Source: an uncultured Gammaproteobacteria bacterium (GTDB lineage Bacteria; Pseudomonadota; Gammaproteobacteria; Arenicellales; JAANXG01). From it: a DNA stretch of 64,000 nucleotides. The position numbers and the translations under genes were made by a program. The notes under the pieces are model-generated. The model was not told the DNA's origin. It saw only the letters and a list, made by a program, of their open reading frames with translations, and did no database searches. Positions within the stretch are counted from its first letter, which is position 1. Each line of letters begins with the position of its first letter. Below, one piece after another: positions 1-9,631 of the stretch. Location: positions 1,359 to 65,358 of the forward strand of contig CAMYIN010000208.1 in assembly GCA_947258495.1 (NCBI GenBank). Reading direction: 5' to 3'.

Positions 1-560
1 CGCCGGAGCAGGTCGAAGTCGGAATCGTCGATCCGCGCTTGCGCCTGGCCCCGTGCGGGCAACCCCTCAAGGTCTTTTTTTCCGCCGGCGGCGCGGGCGC
101 GGGCAACACTACGGTGGGGGTACGCTGCCTCGGCCCTTCCCCGTGGCTGATCTACGTTCCCGGGCGCGTCAATGTCTATCGGAACGTGGTCGTGACCACC
201 CGCGCGATCCCGCGCAGGAGCGTCATCGGCGAAGCGGACGTCCGCCTCGAGCGGCGCGAAGTGTCGAACCAGACGGCGGGCTATCTGGAGGCGCCGCAGC
301 TGGCGGTGGGACGCGTGGCGCGGCGGCCGATGTCGATCGGCAGCGTGATCGAGCCCGCGGCGCTGAGAAACCGACGCCTGGTCCGGCGCGGGGAGCGGGT
401 GACGATCCTCGCGGACACCGGCAGGCTCGTGGTACAGATGAAGGGCAAGGCCCTCATGGACGGCGCCTCGGGGGAGCGCGTGCGGGTCGAAAACCTGAGT
501 TCCGGAAGAATCGTCGAGGGCACCGTTACCGCGTCCGGGCAGATACGGGTCCGGCATTAA
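1..560 (+). CDS. flgA: Flagellar basal-body P-ring formation chaperone FlgA (5' end outside the window)
   Basis: The frame is open from nt 3. The C-terminal RVRVENLSSGRIVEGTVTASGQIRV motif is typical of FlgA, and flgM-flgN follow. Confidence 0.8.
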   Translation, partial: PEQVEVGIVDPRLRLAPCGQPLKVFFSAGGAGAGNTTVGVRCLGPSPWLIYVPGRVNVYRNVVVTTRAIPRRSVIGEADVRLERREVSNQTAGYLEAPQLAVGRVARRPMSIGSVIEPAALRNRRLVRRGERVTILADTGRLVVQMKGKALMDGASGERVRVENLSSGRIVEGTVTASGQIRVRH

Positions 561-597
561 CCCCGTACAATATTGGGTTATACAATGCTATTATCGC

Positions 598-624
598 TAA
601 AGTTTCGCCGCCAACGGCCGTTAA
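598..624 (+). promoter_or_regulatory. Sigma-28 (FliA)-type promoter for flgMN
   Basis: TAAAGTTT-N11-GCCGTTAA against consensus TAAAGTTT-N11-GCCGATAA (8/8 and 7/8). It ends 30 nt upstream of the flgM ATG. Confidence 0.7.
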
Positions 625-653
625 CAAGCATGAGCAGAGAGGAGAAATGAGCC

Positions 654-980
654 ATGTCCGTCAATGATATCGGGCCTTCCAGCGGTCCACAGCAGGTCCG
701 CGTGGGAGACGGGTCGAAAGCAGAGCCGAAAACCGGGGTATCCTCGGAGTCGAGCCCGGAGTCCGCGAAGGCGGGGACCGGGGATCGCGTCAGCATCACC
801 TCCACGGCCGCGGTGTTGCAGCAGGCCGAAGAGCAGTTGTCGAAACTGCCTGACGTCGATCACGCACGTGTCGAAGCCGTCAGGCAGGCCATCGAAAACG
901 GCAGCTTCGCAATCGACGCCAACCGCGTCGCCGAAAAGCTCATTGCCTTCGACACTGCGCTGCCTCGGCGTGACGACTGA
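654..980 (+). CDS. flgM: Anti-sigma-28 factor FlgM
   Basis: 108 aa with a Ser/Pro-rich N-terminus. The C-terminal VDHARVEAVRQAIENGSFAIDANRVAEKLI motif is typical of FlgM. Confidence 0.85.
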   Translation: MSVNDIGPSSGPQQVRVGDGSKAEPKTGVSSESSPESAKAGTGDRVSITSTAAVLQQAEEQLSKLPDVDHARVEAVRQAIENGSFAIDANRVAEKLIAFDTALPRRDD

Positions 981-1017
981 AGGTCCTTCTTCCGACCCCG
1001 TGCAGTGCGCGGATGCG

Positions 1018-1476
1018 ATGCTTGCCGTTCTGCAGCGGGAACATGCACTGCTGCGCTCCCTGCTTGACAGCATCGACCTCGAATTGCGGGCGCTGCAGGA
1101 CAGCGACCCATCCGCAATCGAGTCCGCGGCGGCGACCAAGAATCAATACACCCAGGAGCTGGCCGAACACGACGAAAGACGCAGGACGCTGCTGAGGCAA
1201 TCCGGATTCACCGAGGGCGCGTCCGGCATCGAGCGCCTGATTCATCGATGCGGCCCCGACCGCGCGCGTCTGTTGCGGCAAGCCTGGCAGGAACTGCTGA
1301 CGCTCAGCCAGCGATGTTACGAGGGCAATGCGCGTAACGGTCAGCTCAATGTCGTGGCGCAACGGATGGTGCGACAAATGCTGGCGCACCTTCGCGGAGA
1401 ATCGACGCGTTCCGAAGTCTACGACCGGGACGGCCGCGTTGCGGCTTCAGATCCGAAGGCCCTGGGCCGCGTGTGA
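1018..1476 (+). CDS. flgN: Flagellar export chaperone FlgN
   Basis: Helical, Leu/Gln-rich, about 150 aa, directly downstream of flgM. The ATG at 1018 is chosen (GTG at 1000 is an alternative); the 664 start in the ORF track overlaps flgM in another frame. Confidence 0.7.
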   Translation: MLAVLQREHALLRSLLDSIDLELRALQDSDPSAIESAAATKNQYTQELAEHDERRRTLLRQSGFTEGASGIERLIHRCGPDRARLLRQAWQELLTLSQRCYEGNARNGQLNVVAQRMVRQMLAHLRGESTRSEVYDRDGRVAASDPKALGRV

Positions 1477-1543
1477 CACTCGAACCGCCGCACCGACGGG
1501 ATGGTGCGGAACTCGAGTACGGACTGGACTCCGTGGACGACGC

Positions 1544-2443
1544 CTATTTGTCGTTTGCCACGCATCGACCGATGGACCGATCCCCGCAACGCGTCCCATC
1601 GATCCAAACCGCGCGACTTAGATCGGCTCCCGTCAAGTTGACGCTCGTGGTGATTCCATCGAAGCTGAAATCCTCCACGTCGGCTCCCTGCAGGTCGCTA
1701 CCACTGAGTTTCGCATTCGAAAAGTCGGCGCCCCCCAAACGAGTCCGCCGTAACGACGCACCGGTTATCACGGCGCCCCCCAGTTGCGCGCCGTTCAGGT
1801 TCGCGTCGTCGAGTATTGCGCCTTCGAGCTGCGCCTGCGCGAGGTTGGCCCAGGTAAAGTCAACCCCGGTCAGCCGCGCACCGGTCAGATCCACACGATA
1901 AAGGTTGGCGAACGACAGATCCGCCCCGCGGAGGTCCATCTGCGCCAGATCGACGAACGGTTTCGATGACCGCTCCAGCGCCCTTTCGGGGCGGCTGGTG
2001 ATGCCGGGTTGCAGTTCACTCACGAACCTGACCACCATTGATCTATCGGCGGGATTCTGCAACCGCCGCAACAGCGACATGGTCCTTGCCACAATTATCC
2101 GTTTGCGTTTATCGGTATCCATCTGCTCCATCATCACCGCACCCACCCCATGAAAATAAGAGTCGATCATTTGTGCGATTGCGAGACGTTCCTGCCGCTC
2201 GAAAAGATCTTTAGACAGTTGCCGCTGTCGCGCGTCGATACGTGCGTCGAGAACCAGGCTCACTGCTGCAACGCCTAAAGGTATGAAGATGATGCCCGCG
2301 ATCAGTATCAGGGGATTGGCCTCTTTTAGCTTTTTCAAGTTAATCATTTTGTTCGGCGCCAGATTCAAGGCTTCAGGACCGCTGTCTTTAGAAAACACAG
2401 TGCCGTGTTGTGCTAGACCAATAGACCTCATCCAGAGAATCAA
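1544..2443 (-). CDS. Membrane-anchored pentapeptide-repeat protein
   Basis: The C-terminal half is A(D/N)LxX pentapeptide repeats (GADLSFANLYRVDLTGARLTGVDFTWANLAQAQLEGAILDDANLNGAQL). There is one N-terminal TM segment. The start may instead be the internal MINLKK (2347). Confidence 0.8.
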   Translation of the reverse strand: MILWMRSIGLAQHGTVFSKDSGPEALNLAPNKMINLKKLKEANPLILIAGIIFIPLGVAAVSLVLDARIDARQRQLSKDLFERQERLAIAQMIDSYFHGVGAVMMEQMDTDKRKRIIVARTMSLLRRLQNPADRSMVVRFVSELQPGITSRPERALERSSKPFVDLAQMDLRGADLSFANLYRVDLTGARLTGVDFTWANLAQAQLEGAILDDANLNGAQLGGAVITGASLRRTRLGGADFSNAKLSGSDLQGADVEDFSFDGITTSVNLTGADLSRAVWIDGTRCGDRSIGRCVANDK

Positions 2444-2573
2444 ATTCCCCGCTCACGGACTATCGGGTTTTCGTCATCCGCATCGACACGGCGCAGCACG
2501 GCGCGATCTGTGAGGTCCAACAGCGATCGACACATCGGGGCGAGACCAGTCGCCGACGGCATCCGGGATAGCG

Positions 2574-3842
2574 TCAATTGGTTCGTAGAGGTGTTGCGGT
2601 AAGAACCTGCCCTGCCTCGGATGCTTTTCCTTTTGAGGAGTCGTCAGCGAAACGCTCGGCACGCGCCCGCTTGGCGCGGTAAAGCGCGGCGTCGGCCACC
2701 CGCAGGAGGTCTGTGGATAGTTGTTTCGATGGTGTGATTTTAGCGCTCGCGATTCCCGTATTTATCGTCAGCAGCCCCTGGCCGTTGCCCGAGGGTGGTT
2801 GAATCTTGAGCGCCTCCACGGCGTTTTGCATGGCGGTCGCAACCTTGTTCGCCCCCTGCAAATCGGTATTCGGCAACAGAGCCACGAATTCGTCCCCTCC
2901 ATAACGAGCGACCAAGTCACCGGGACGTCGCGCAGCCTCGCGCAGCGTTCGGGCGATCCTGGTAAGACAGATATCGCCGTGTTGGTGCCCGTAGCTGTCG
3001 TTGTATTCCTTAAAACTGTCGACGTCGATCATCACGATTGAGAGCGACTTCGGGTTTCGGGTAGCCCGCCGTACTTCGCGCATATAGATCAAGTCGAAAC
3101 ACCGTCGGTTTGGAATGCCGGTCAATCCGTCCCTCAGTGACAGCTGCTGGAATACCTTGCTCGCGCGCGTCAGCTCCAACATCGTCGATCGAATGCGTTT
3201 CATCGCGGGCCGGAATATGAATACCGCTTCCAACATCAAAACGAAGAGCGCACTCAACATCAGCAATATTTCCGTTCTTTGCAGCTTGGTCACACGTGCT
3301 GCAGCCTCCTTCTCGTAGACATGAACGACCCGATCCATGTTGTTTAGAAAGCTGCCTTCGTGACGAAGCAGCGTGTGTATCTCCGGGCCCAGATCGATGT
3401 AGTCAACGCTCTCCGCGTGTCCCTTGGCAACGACTTCGCCCGCAGCCGAACTGATGGCGGCGAAATGTGGCTTGAGTTTCGCGAACAATCGTTTGATCTC
3501 CACGCTGTTCTGTCCCGGCAGTCCCAGCATCGCGTTGCCGTATTGCAAGCCTCTATGGGAATGCTGCCACAGGGCAAGATCGTCCTTCAGGGCTGTGATA
3601 CGTGCGCGAAACCGCTCGATGTCAGTTTCACGTTCCGCCGTAAGTACGTGCGCCTTGATCTTCTGCGACAGCATGCGCTGGCGCCCGGCGATGTTGATGA
3701 TGTGCGCGTCGTTCTCCTGCCGTACCAGTGAGAACTGGACCAACACCTGTCCTGCAATCACCAATGCCGCCACCAGACTGAGGGCGATCACGTAGCGGAC
3801 TTTAATTCTTCGAGCCGCGCTGTCGTTTGTCGAAATAGTCAT
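2574..3842 (-). CDS. Diguanylate cyclase (GGDEF) with a PilJ/NarX-type periplasmic sensor region
   Basis: The N-terminal INIAGRQRMLSQKI P-box-like motif lies between two TM segments. The C-terminal RYGGDEFVALL motif has an RPGD I-site 5 residues upstream. Confidence 0.85.
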   Translation of the reverse strand: MTISTNDSAARRIKVRYVIALSLVAALVIAGQVLVQFSLVRQENDAHIINIAGRQRMLSQKIKAHVLTAERETDIERFRARITALKDDLALWQHSHRGLQYGNAMLGLPGQNSVEIKRLFAKLKPHFAAISSAAGEVVAKGHAESVDYIDLGPEIHTLLRHEGSFLNNMDRVVHVYEKEAAARVTKLQRTEILLMLSALFVLMLEAVFIFRPAMKRIRSTMLELTRASKVFQQLSLRDGLTGIPNRRCFDLIYMREVRRATRNPKSLSIVMIDVDSFKEYNDSYGHQHGDICLTRIARTLREAARRPGDLVARYGGDEFVALLPNTDLQGANKVATAMQNAVEALKIQPPSGNGQGLLTINTGIASAKITPSKQLSTDLLRVADAALYRAKRARAERFADDSSKGKASEAGQVLTATPLRTN

Positions 3843-4252
3843 TGGTTGTTACCTGTAGGCCAATGGTTCGTCCACGTTTTGCTCCCGTTCCTGGTGGTGC
3901 GCCACACGCGTCGCCGAAAAACGAGGCCGCTGGCCTACAAGCGGTCGCGTGTGCCCCCGAAACAACCGTGTCGGACGATCGTGGAGACGCTTCCGTTGGC
4001 GACAGAAACCGCATTTCCGCGGCAAGGCTTTGATTAAAGAGAGCATAGATCATGCCAGGGAAAATCGCCCTGCCGTTCACCGCGTCGCCGGCTCCTTGTC
4101 CCCCGGGACACTTGCGATGATGCTTTTACGGCAAACGCAACGAAGGGCTGTGAGGATCGGCGTATTCATCGAATACACGGCGCAACGCCACCCGCGACCG
4201 TGTTTGCGGTCGGATATCGCAACCTCTTTTGGAGAGTCGCGTCATCGTTCGG

Positions 4253-6634
4253 TTATTTCCGCCGATATCGCTGCCGGAAACCTTCGAATTCGCTTTCGTC
4301 CAGGGGAAGCGGCCGACTGATGCCGTGACCTTGGGCGTAATCGACGCCTATCCGGCGCAACATTTCCAACGCCTGGTCACTCTCCACGTATTCGGCGATG
4401 GTGCGTTTGCCCATCAAATGACTGATCTCGTTGATCGAGCGTACCATGGCGAACTCAACCGGATCTTCGGTGATGTCCTTGATGAACAGGCCGTCGATCT
4501 TGACGTAATCGACCGGCAGGTTCTTGAGATAGGCGAATGACGACAGACCGCTGCCGAAGTCGTCCAAGGCGAAACGACATCCGCGCGCCTGAAAGGCCTG
4601 CATGAATTTAATGGTCTTGGGCAAGTCGGCGACCACCGCGGTTTCGGTGATCTCGAAGCATATCTTGCTCGCCGGGACCCGCTTATTCTCGAACTGGCGG
4701 TTGAGGTACCGGTGGAATTCGCGATCGCCCACGGAATGTCCCGATAAATTTATGGAACACGACTTGAGGCGCTCCAGGTGATCCGGATGGTCCAGCAGCC
4801 AGCTGAGCGCGGCGTCGACCACCCAGCGATCGATTCGCGTCGACATGGAAAAACGCTCCGCGGCGGGCAGGAATTGCCCGGGCATGATCTGATTCCCGGA
4901 CTCGTCCCTCATCCTCACCAAGAGCTCGTAGCGCATCTCATCGCGGTTTTCGGGTAAGACGCTGACGATCGGGTGAAACACAAGTTCGAATCGGTTTTCC
5001 TCCAACGCACGGGTAATCTTGGACACCCATTGCATCTCGCGTTTCCATCGCTCGAGCTGTGTCCCGTGTTCATCATTGATATGAATGCGATTACGTCCTT
5101 CGCTCTTGGCGACGTAGCATGCGGTGTCGGCCGCGCTGAGCGCGCTGGCCACACTCTTGGTGTGTTGATTGACGGGAACCACGCCGATGCTGACGCCGAG
5201 ACTGAATACCGCCGATTTCCAGGAAAAGCGAAAATCCTGAATCGCGCGGTAGAGCGAATCGGCGATACGCATCGCGTCTTTGGCCGTGCAGTCCGTAATC
5301 AACAGGCCGAATTCGTCCCCCCCGAGCCTGGCGAAGATGTCTCGCTTGCGGACTTTTTTCGGCAGGATCTCGGCAAGCTGCCGCAGCAACTCGTCCCCGG
5401 CTATGTGACCGCAGGTGTCGTTAATGACTTTGAACTGATCGAGATCCAGATAGCATAGATAGTGTTCCAACTTCTGGTCTTTGGCGCCGTCTATGAGTTG
5501 CTCCAGATGCGTCTCGAACTGTTTCCGATTTTTCAGTCCGGTCAACGGATCGTGGGTGGCGTGATAGGCGAGTTCCTGCACCAGCTGCTGGGCCTCGGTG
5601 ACGTCCTGGCCCGCACCGCGATAACCCTGGAATGCGCCGCGTTTGTCGTACACCGGCTTGCCGTTGACGCTGAAGATACGCGTCTTTCCATCCGGCCATC
5701 CCAGTGTGAATTGAAAATTCTTGATAATGCGGCGGTTCCGAAGGTCGTCGATGTGTTGCTTCCATCCTTCCGCGTCGGTGTGCTTGGGGATCGTTTCGTA
5801 GGGCTGTCCCACCACCGTCTGCGGATCGATTCCGGTGACTGTCTGATAGTTCTCGGACAAGTACGCAACACTGAGGTCGGGGCCGGTCTCCCAGAACCAG
5901 TCGGCCGCCACCTCGGCGAAATCCTTGAACCGCTCGTTGGTCTCACGCACCTCGCGTTCCACACGTTTCCGGTCTTCGATCTCGCGCTTGAGTCGATCAT
6001 TGGTGTAAGCGATTTCCCGCGTCTTCACGCCGACCAGCGAATCCATGTCGTAAACCAGGCGACGCCCCTTCATGAGCTGCCCCAGAAACCGACTGAATAC
6101 GATCAGGGCCTGCCTTCGCGACGGTTGCAGGTCTCCCGGGTCAAAGCTGAAGGCGTGAATGACGACGACTTCCTCGTCAAGTACACGCACCGGGACACAC
6201 ACCGGGTCGCTGGTCTCATGGGGGCACTGCTTGAATTCGGACAGACTGCCGCTGAAACAGTCTTTGCACAGGGACGACAATTCAAATTCGGCGGCGCACG
6301 TCGGTCCGCTATTGGTCTCGTCGATGTACGCGCTGACATCCGGATCGGATTGCGATTCCGGCTCGTTGCCCTCGTGCTCCAGGACCCGGGCCACGGCTAC
6401 GGTCACGACCCCGCCTTCCTCCAGAACCACAATCTTGCAGGATTCGAAATCCAAATTCCGAACCAGGGTTTCCGCTGCGTACAACAGCAGCTCATCTTCC
6501 GTCACGCGCTTCATATCGATTTCGGAAAGCATGCGAATGGAAGACAGCGCTTCGACCAGGGCGTAATACTCCGTGCGAATCTGGCGTGCGGCATCGACAC
6601 CCGAGGAATAGTCGACCATGTGGGCCTTGTTCAT
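4253..6634 (-). CDS. GAF-like/PAS/GGDEF/EAL c-di-GMP turnover protein
   Basis: Contains ARLGGDEFGLL (GGDEF) and YELLVRM...EITETAVV...FALDDFGSGLSSFAYLKNLPVDYVKIDG (EAL). Its start overlaps the HDOD gene stop (ATGA). Confidence 0.9.
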   Translation of the reverse strand: MNKAHMVDYSSGVDAARQIRTEYYALVEALSSIRMLSEIDMKRVTEDELLLYAAETLVRNLDFESCKIVVLEEGGVVTVAVARVLEHEGNEPESQSDPDVSAYIDETNSGPTCAAEFELSSLCKDCFSGSLSEFKQCPHETSDPVCVPVRVLDEEVVVIHAFSFDPGDLQPSRRQALIVFSRFLGQLMKGRRLVYDMDSLVGVKTREIAYTNDRLKREIEDRKRVEREVRETNERFKDFAEVAADWFWETGPDLSVAYLSENYQTVTGIDPQTVVGQPYETIPKHTDAEGWKQHIDDLRNRRIIKNFQFTLGWPDGKTRIFSVNGKPVYDKRGAFQGYRGAGQDVTEAQQLVQELAYHATHDPLTGLKNRKQFETHLEQLIDGAKDQKLEHYLCYLDLDQFKVINDTCGHIAGDELLRQLAEILPKKVRKRDIFARLGGDEFGLLITDCTAKDAMRIADSLYRAIQDFRFSWKSAVFSLGVSIGVVPVNQHTKSVASALSAADTACYVAKSEGRNRIHINDEHGTQLERWKREMQWVSKITRALEENRFELVFHPIVSVLPENRDEMRYELLVRMRDESGNQIMPGQFLPAAERFSMSTRIDRWVVDAALSWLLDHPDHLERLKSCSINLSGHSVGDREFHRYLNRQFENKRVPASKICFEITETAVVADLPKTIKFMQAFQARGCRFALDDFGSGLSSFAYLKNLPVDYVKIDGLFIKDITEDPVEFAMVRSINEISHLMGKRTIAEYVESDQALEMLRRIGVDYAQGHGISRPLPLDESEFEGFRQRYRRK

Positions 6635-7497
6635 GCGAACACTTCCGTCAGTTCCGCGAGTCGGTCCAGCCTTGCGGTTACCGTCCTGGCGGCGGTCTCG
6701 AACCTCTCGTGGGAGACTTTGAGCACCTCCAGGGAGGCGTAGGCGTCCGCATCGATCTCCTCACCGGCGAGCACCTGCTTACCCAGGCCGGTACTCACGC
6801 CCACGAGCAGGGCGCTTTCCCAGAACGGGCCGCGGTAACCCGTCACTCGATGTCTCTCGATAACGACGCGCACCTCGGGCGACAAATGCCATTGGCAGGC
6901 CAGGCGCGCGCCGGCTCCAGTATGGTCTATCCCCAACATTTCGAATTCGATGTCAGTCAGCGATCTTTCCGGTTCCTTACCGGCGGCGGCGAAGGCCTCG
7001 GACATTTCTCCAGGCCAAAGATGGGCGAGAACCAGCACGCCGATATTGTGCAATAAGCCGTTCACGTAGCAGTCGTCGGGATTGGGTTTGGTTTTGCCAC
7101 GCATGGCCCGTGTGAGCGCGTGCGCAAACATGGCGGTCGCCACCGCATCGCCCCAGAACCGCCGGCTGTCGAATCCGGGACAGCGTCTGGGTGAAAACGA
7201 GCCGCTCATGATCAGGCCCACGACCAGGTTCCTGACCAGCCTGAACCCCAGTATGCGAACGATGGCGTCGTGGACCGAACGGCACTCGATGCGCTGCGCG
7301 AAATACGCCGATCGCGCCAGACCCAGAATGCGCGCGGCCACCTCGGGACACTGCTCTATCGCCTGTGCGAGGTCGCGGGCGTCCGGATCCGCGTTCAGCA
7401 TCTTGAGAAGACGCTGTTGGCTTTCCCGTACCGGAGGCAATTCCCGCAGGCGGCGAATCCCGAACTCAATCTCCGTCTGTGGCGCGGCTGGTCCCAT
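6631..7497 (-). CDS. HDOD domain protein
   Basis: HDOD signature: LPPVRESQQRLLKMLNADPDARDLAQAIEQCPEVAARILGLARSAYFA ... GLLHNIGVLVLAHL. Translationally coupled to the GGDEF-EAL gene. Confidence 0.85.
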   Translation of the reverse strand: MGPAAPQTEIEFGIRRLRELPPVRESQQRLLKMLNADPDARDLAQAIEQCPEVAARILGLARSAYFAQRIECRSVHDAIVRILGFRLVRNLVVGLIMSGSFSPRRCPGFDSRRFWGDAVATAMFAHALTRAMRGKTKPNPDDCYVNGLLHNIGVLVLAHLWPGEMSEAFAAAGKEPERSLTDIEFEMLGIDHTGAGARLACQWHLSPEVRVVIERHRVTGYRGPFWESALLVGVSTGLGKQVLAGEEIDADAYASLEVLKVSHERFETAARTVTARLDRLAELTEVFA

Positions 7498-7734
7498 GAT
7501 TTCTAGGCGCGTTTTTGGTCAGAACCATTAACGGCCGCATAACGCCTGTCTTGAGTAGGTATGTATACGGATATGACGACGGGCGAGTTGCACCGGGAGC
7601 GGCCGCACCCCGTCATCGGGCGCAAAACGTTCCGGTGGCTTCAGTTATGTCGCCGGTGACCGACTATTCTTATAGGAAGGGATGAAGTCCACACGCCGGG
7701 ATCCTTGATTATGAAGAAGAAATCTGGAGAAGAC

Positions 7735-8109
7735 ATGAAGCAGAGAATATGGCGATGCGCGATACATGCGTCGTTCCCCGACCGGCCCTACGCGGGATTG
7801 TGCGCCAATATTGCACGGCACCAGAATTGCAGCGAGTTCGAGATCTTCAAGGCCGCGTACTCGCAGTGGTACGGAAAACCCGTGTCCGAGCGAGACATCG
7901 AGCGCGTGTTCGTGCGCTTCATTTTTTATCATGAGACGCCGTTTTGGGTGCGCCAATACCTTCAAAACGAGTACCGTTCGGCGCCGGACGATGAAGCTTC
8001 CCGGCGGCGTGCGACACCATACTCGGAGTGCTGGATATGGTTGCGACAGATGCTGGGACATCGATTCGAAGCATCGTCCCCGCCCTCGAGTTCGGTTCTG
8101 GTCGCGTGA
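7735..8109 (+). CDS. Hypothetical protein upstream of the fliK-like gene
   Basis: ORF with GGAGAA 5 nt before the ATG at 7735. No recognisable motif. It ends 25 nt before the next gene. Confidence 0.4.
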   Translation: MKQRIWRCAIHASFPDRPYAGLCANIARHQNCSEFEIFKAAYSQWYGKPVSERDIERVFVRFIFYHETPFWVRQYLQNEYRSAPDDEASRRRATPYSECWIWLRQMLGHRFEASSPPSSSVLVA

Positions 8110-8134
8110 AACCCGCTCGCCGGCTTTCCAGTCC

Positions 8135-9313
8135 ATGGAATCCATCTCGACCTCCCTCGTCACCCAGCAGCTGCTCACCGTTGCGGCAAATCGCGCGCAG
8201 CTTACCGGACTCGCGATCGGACAGCACTTGACGGGCACCGTCCTCAGCGTCTCGCAGCGTGGGACCGTGGCCTTGCAGATCAATCAACACACGCTCAACG
8301 CACGCACCACGTTGCCGTTGATCGCCGGCCAGACACTAACCCTGGTGGTGGACAAGATCGGCCCGGAGCTGCGACTGAGAATGTTGGACCAACAGCTTCA
8401 AGCCTCCGGCCTGGCACAAGCCATTCGAAAACAACTGCCTCGACAGGGCTCGATGCTGGAGCTGCTCTCCAGTTTTCATCGAATCTCGAATCAGGCCGAT
8501 CGCTTGCAGTTGCCGAGGACGATTGCACAGCTGATTCGCAACATCACCCAGGGATTTACCGTCGTCAACGAGTCGCTATCCGGGCAGGGGGTCAAACAAG
8601 CCGTCGTCAACAGCGGTCATTTCCTGGAGCAGCGCATATTGAAAATGCTGGCGGATTACCGGGGCGGTGTTCTGGCGCGGGATTTCAAAGCCGGATTGCT
8701 GCGCTTGCGTGCAGCGTTGTCGGAGATAGTGCAGCAAAACATACCTGAGCCAAGACCGCGGGATCCGGGAAACCGTCAATCCGCCCAAGCTGCTGCAACC
8801 AATCCCTCGCCGAACCCCGGTGCGGCGGCGCCGCAGGAAGCGGTGCTGCAGAATTTCTTGGCCAAGCTGCTGCAACAGGTGGAGGGCGCCCTGGCACGCA
8901 TTCAACTGCTGCAGTTGACCACCTTGTCGGAACAGGAGGGAGCGAAATCCGCATGGACCCTGGAGCTGCCGGTGCGGGACGGCGACGAACTTCGGCTCGT
9001 GAGATTCCGCATCGGCAAGCGGCAACGGCAGGGCAAAGGATCGTCCGAAGACGCCTTTGCCGTGACGTTTTCCCTCGATCTGGAGCCGCTGGGCACGATT
9101 CAATCGCGAATCTCGTGTTCCCAAGGAAGCGTTTCGGCGATTCTGCGGACCGAGCGCGACACCACCGCTGCACTCGTCAACGCGCGCCTCGACGAACTGC
9201 AACGGCGCCTCAGCCGCACAGGACTGACACCGGAGACCGTCGCCTGTGTTCACGGCCTCGCGGACGACGACGCCGAGACCATTCAAACGCCGCTTCTGGA
9301 TCTGCGCGCATGA
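8135..9313 (+). CDS. Flagellar hook-length control protein FliK-like
   Basis: C-terminal Flg_hook-like segment (WTLELPVRDGDELRLVRFRIGKR...AFAVTFSLDLEPLGTIQSRIS...LDELQRRLSRTGL). The stop overlaps the start of the FlhB-like gene (ATGA). The internal ATG at 8135 is chosen. Confidence 0.6.
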   Translation: MESISTSLVTQQLLTVAANRAQLTGLAIGQHLTGTVLSVSQRGTVALQINQHTLNARTTLPLIAGQTLTLVVDKIGPELRLRMLDQQLQASGLAQAIRKQLPRQGSMLELLSSFHRISNQADRLQLPRTIAQLIRNITQGFTVVNESLSGQGVKQAVVNSGHFLEQRILKMLADYRGGVLARDFKAGLLRLRAALSEIVQQNIPEPRPRDPGNRQSAQAAATNPSPNPGAAAPQEAVLQNFLAKLLQQVEGALARIQLLQLTTLSEQEGAKSAWTLELPVRDGDELRLVRFRIGKRQRQGKGSSEDAFAVTFSLDLEPLGTIQSRISCSQGSVSAILRTERDTTAALVNARLDELQRRLSRTGLTPETVACVHGLADDDAETIQTPLLDLRA

Positions 9314-9621
9314 CGGACACGCCATCTACGAGAATGCGGAACGCGGTGGCGCTCCAGTATGAACGCGGCGACGCCGCACCCCGGGTGGTGGCCAAGGGCC
9401 GCGGTTCCCTGGCCGACCGCATTATTGAAATCGCCCGCGACGCCGGGGTCCCGCTCTACGAGGACACCGACCTGGTGGACCTGCTGGCTCAGGTCGAGCT
9501 CGATGCCGAGATCCCGATCGAGCTCTACCAGGCCGTCGCCGAAGTTCTGGCGTTCATTTATCAGCTGCGCGCCCATCCCGAAACCGGGCGCGCGCCGTTG
9601 TGCGCCCATGTCGAGAGGTAA
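9310..9621 (+). CDS. Stand-alone FlhB C-terminal (EscU/YscU family) domain protein
   Basis: AVALQYERGDAAPRVVAKGRGSLADRIIEIARDAGVPLYEDTDLVDLL...IPIELYQAVAEVLAFIYQL matches the part of FlhB after the NPTH cleavage site. Confidence 0.8.
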   Translation: MTDTPSTRMRNAVALQYERGDAAPRVVAKGRGSLADRIIEIARDAGVPLYEDTDLVDLLAQVELDAEIPIELYQAVAEVLAFIYQLRAHPETGRAPLCAHVER

Positions 9622-9631
9622 GCGACCAGGA

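Noticed and set aside
664-1476. A 270-aa ORF suggesting a long FlgN.
   Set aside because: The first 118 codons overlap flgM in another frame and are Pro/Arg/Ser-rich. FlgN-like sequence starts only at about 1018.
7498-7704. A search for sigma-54 (TGGCAC-N5-TTGC) or sigma-28 promoters upstream of the fliK-like operon.
   Set aside because: No acceptable match was found by eye, so the promoter class is left unassigned.
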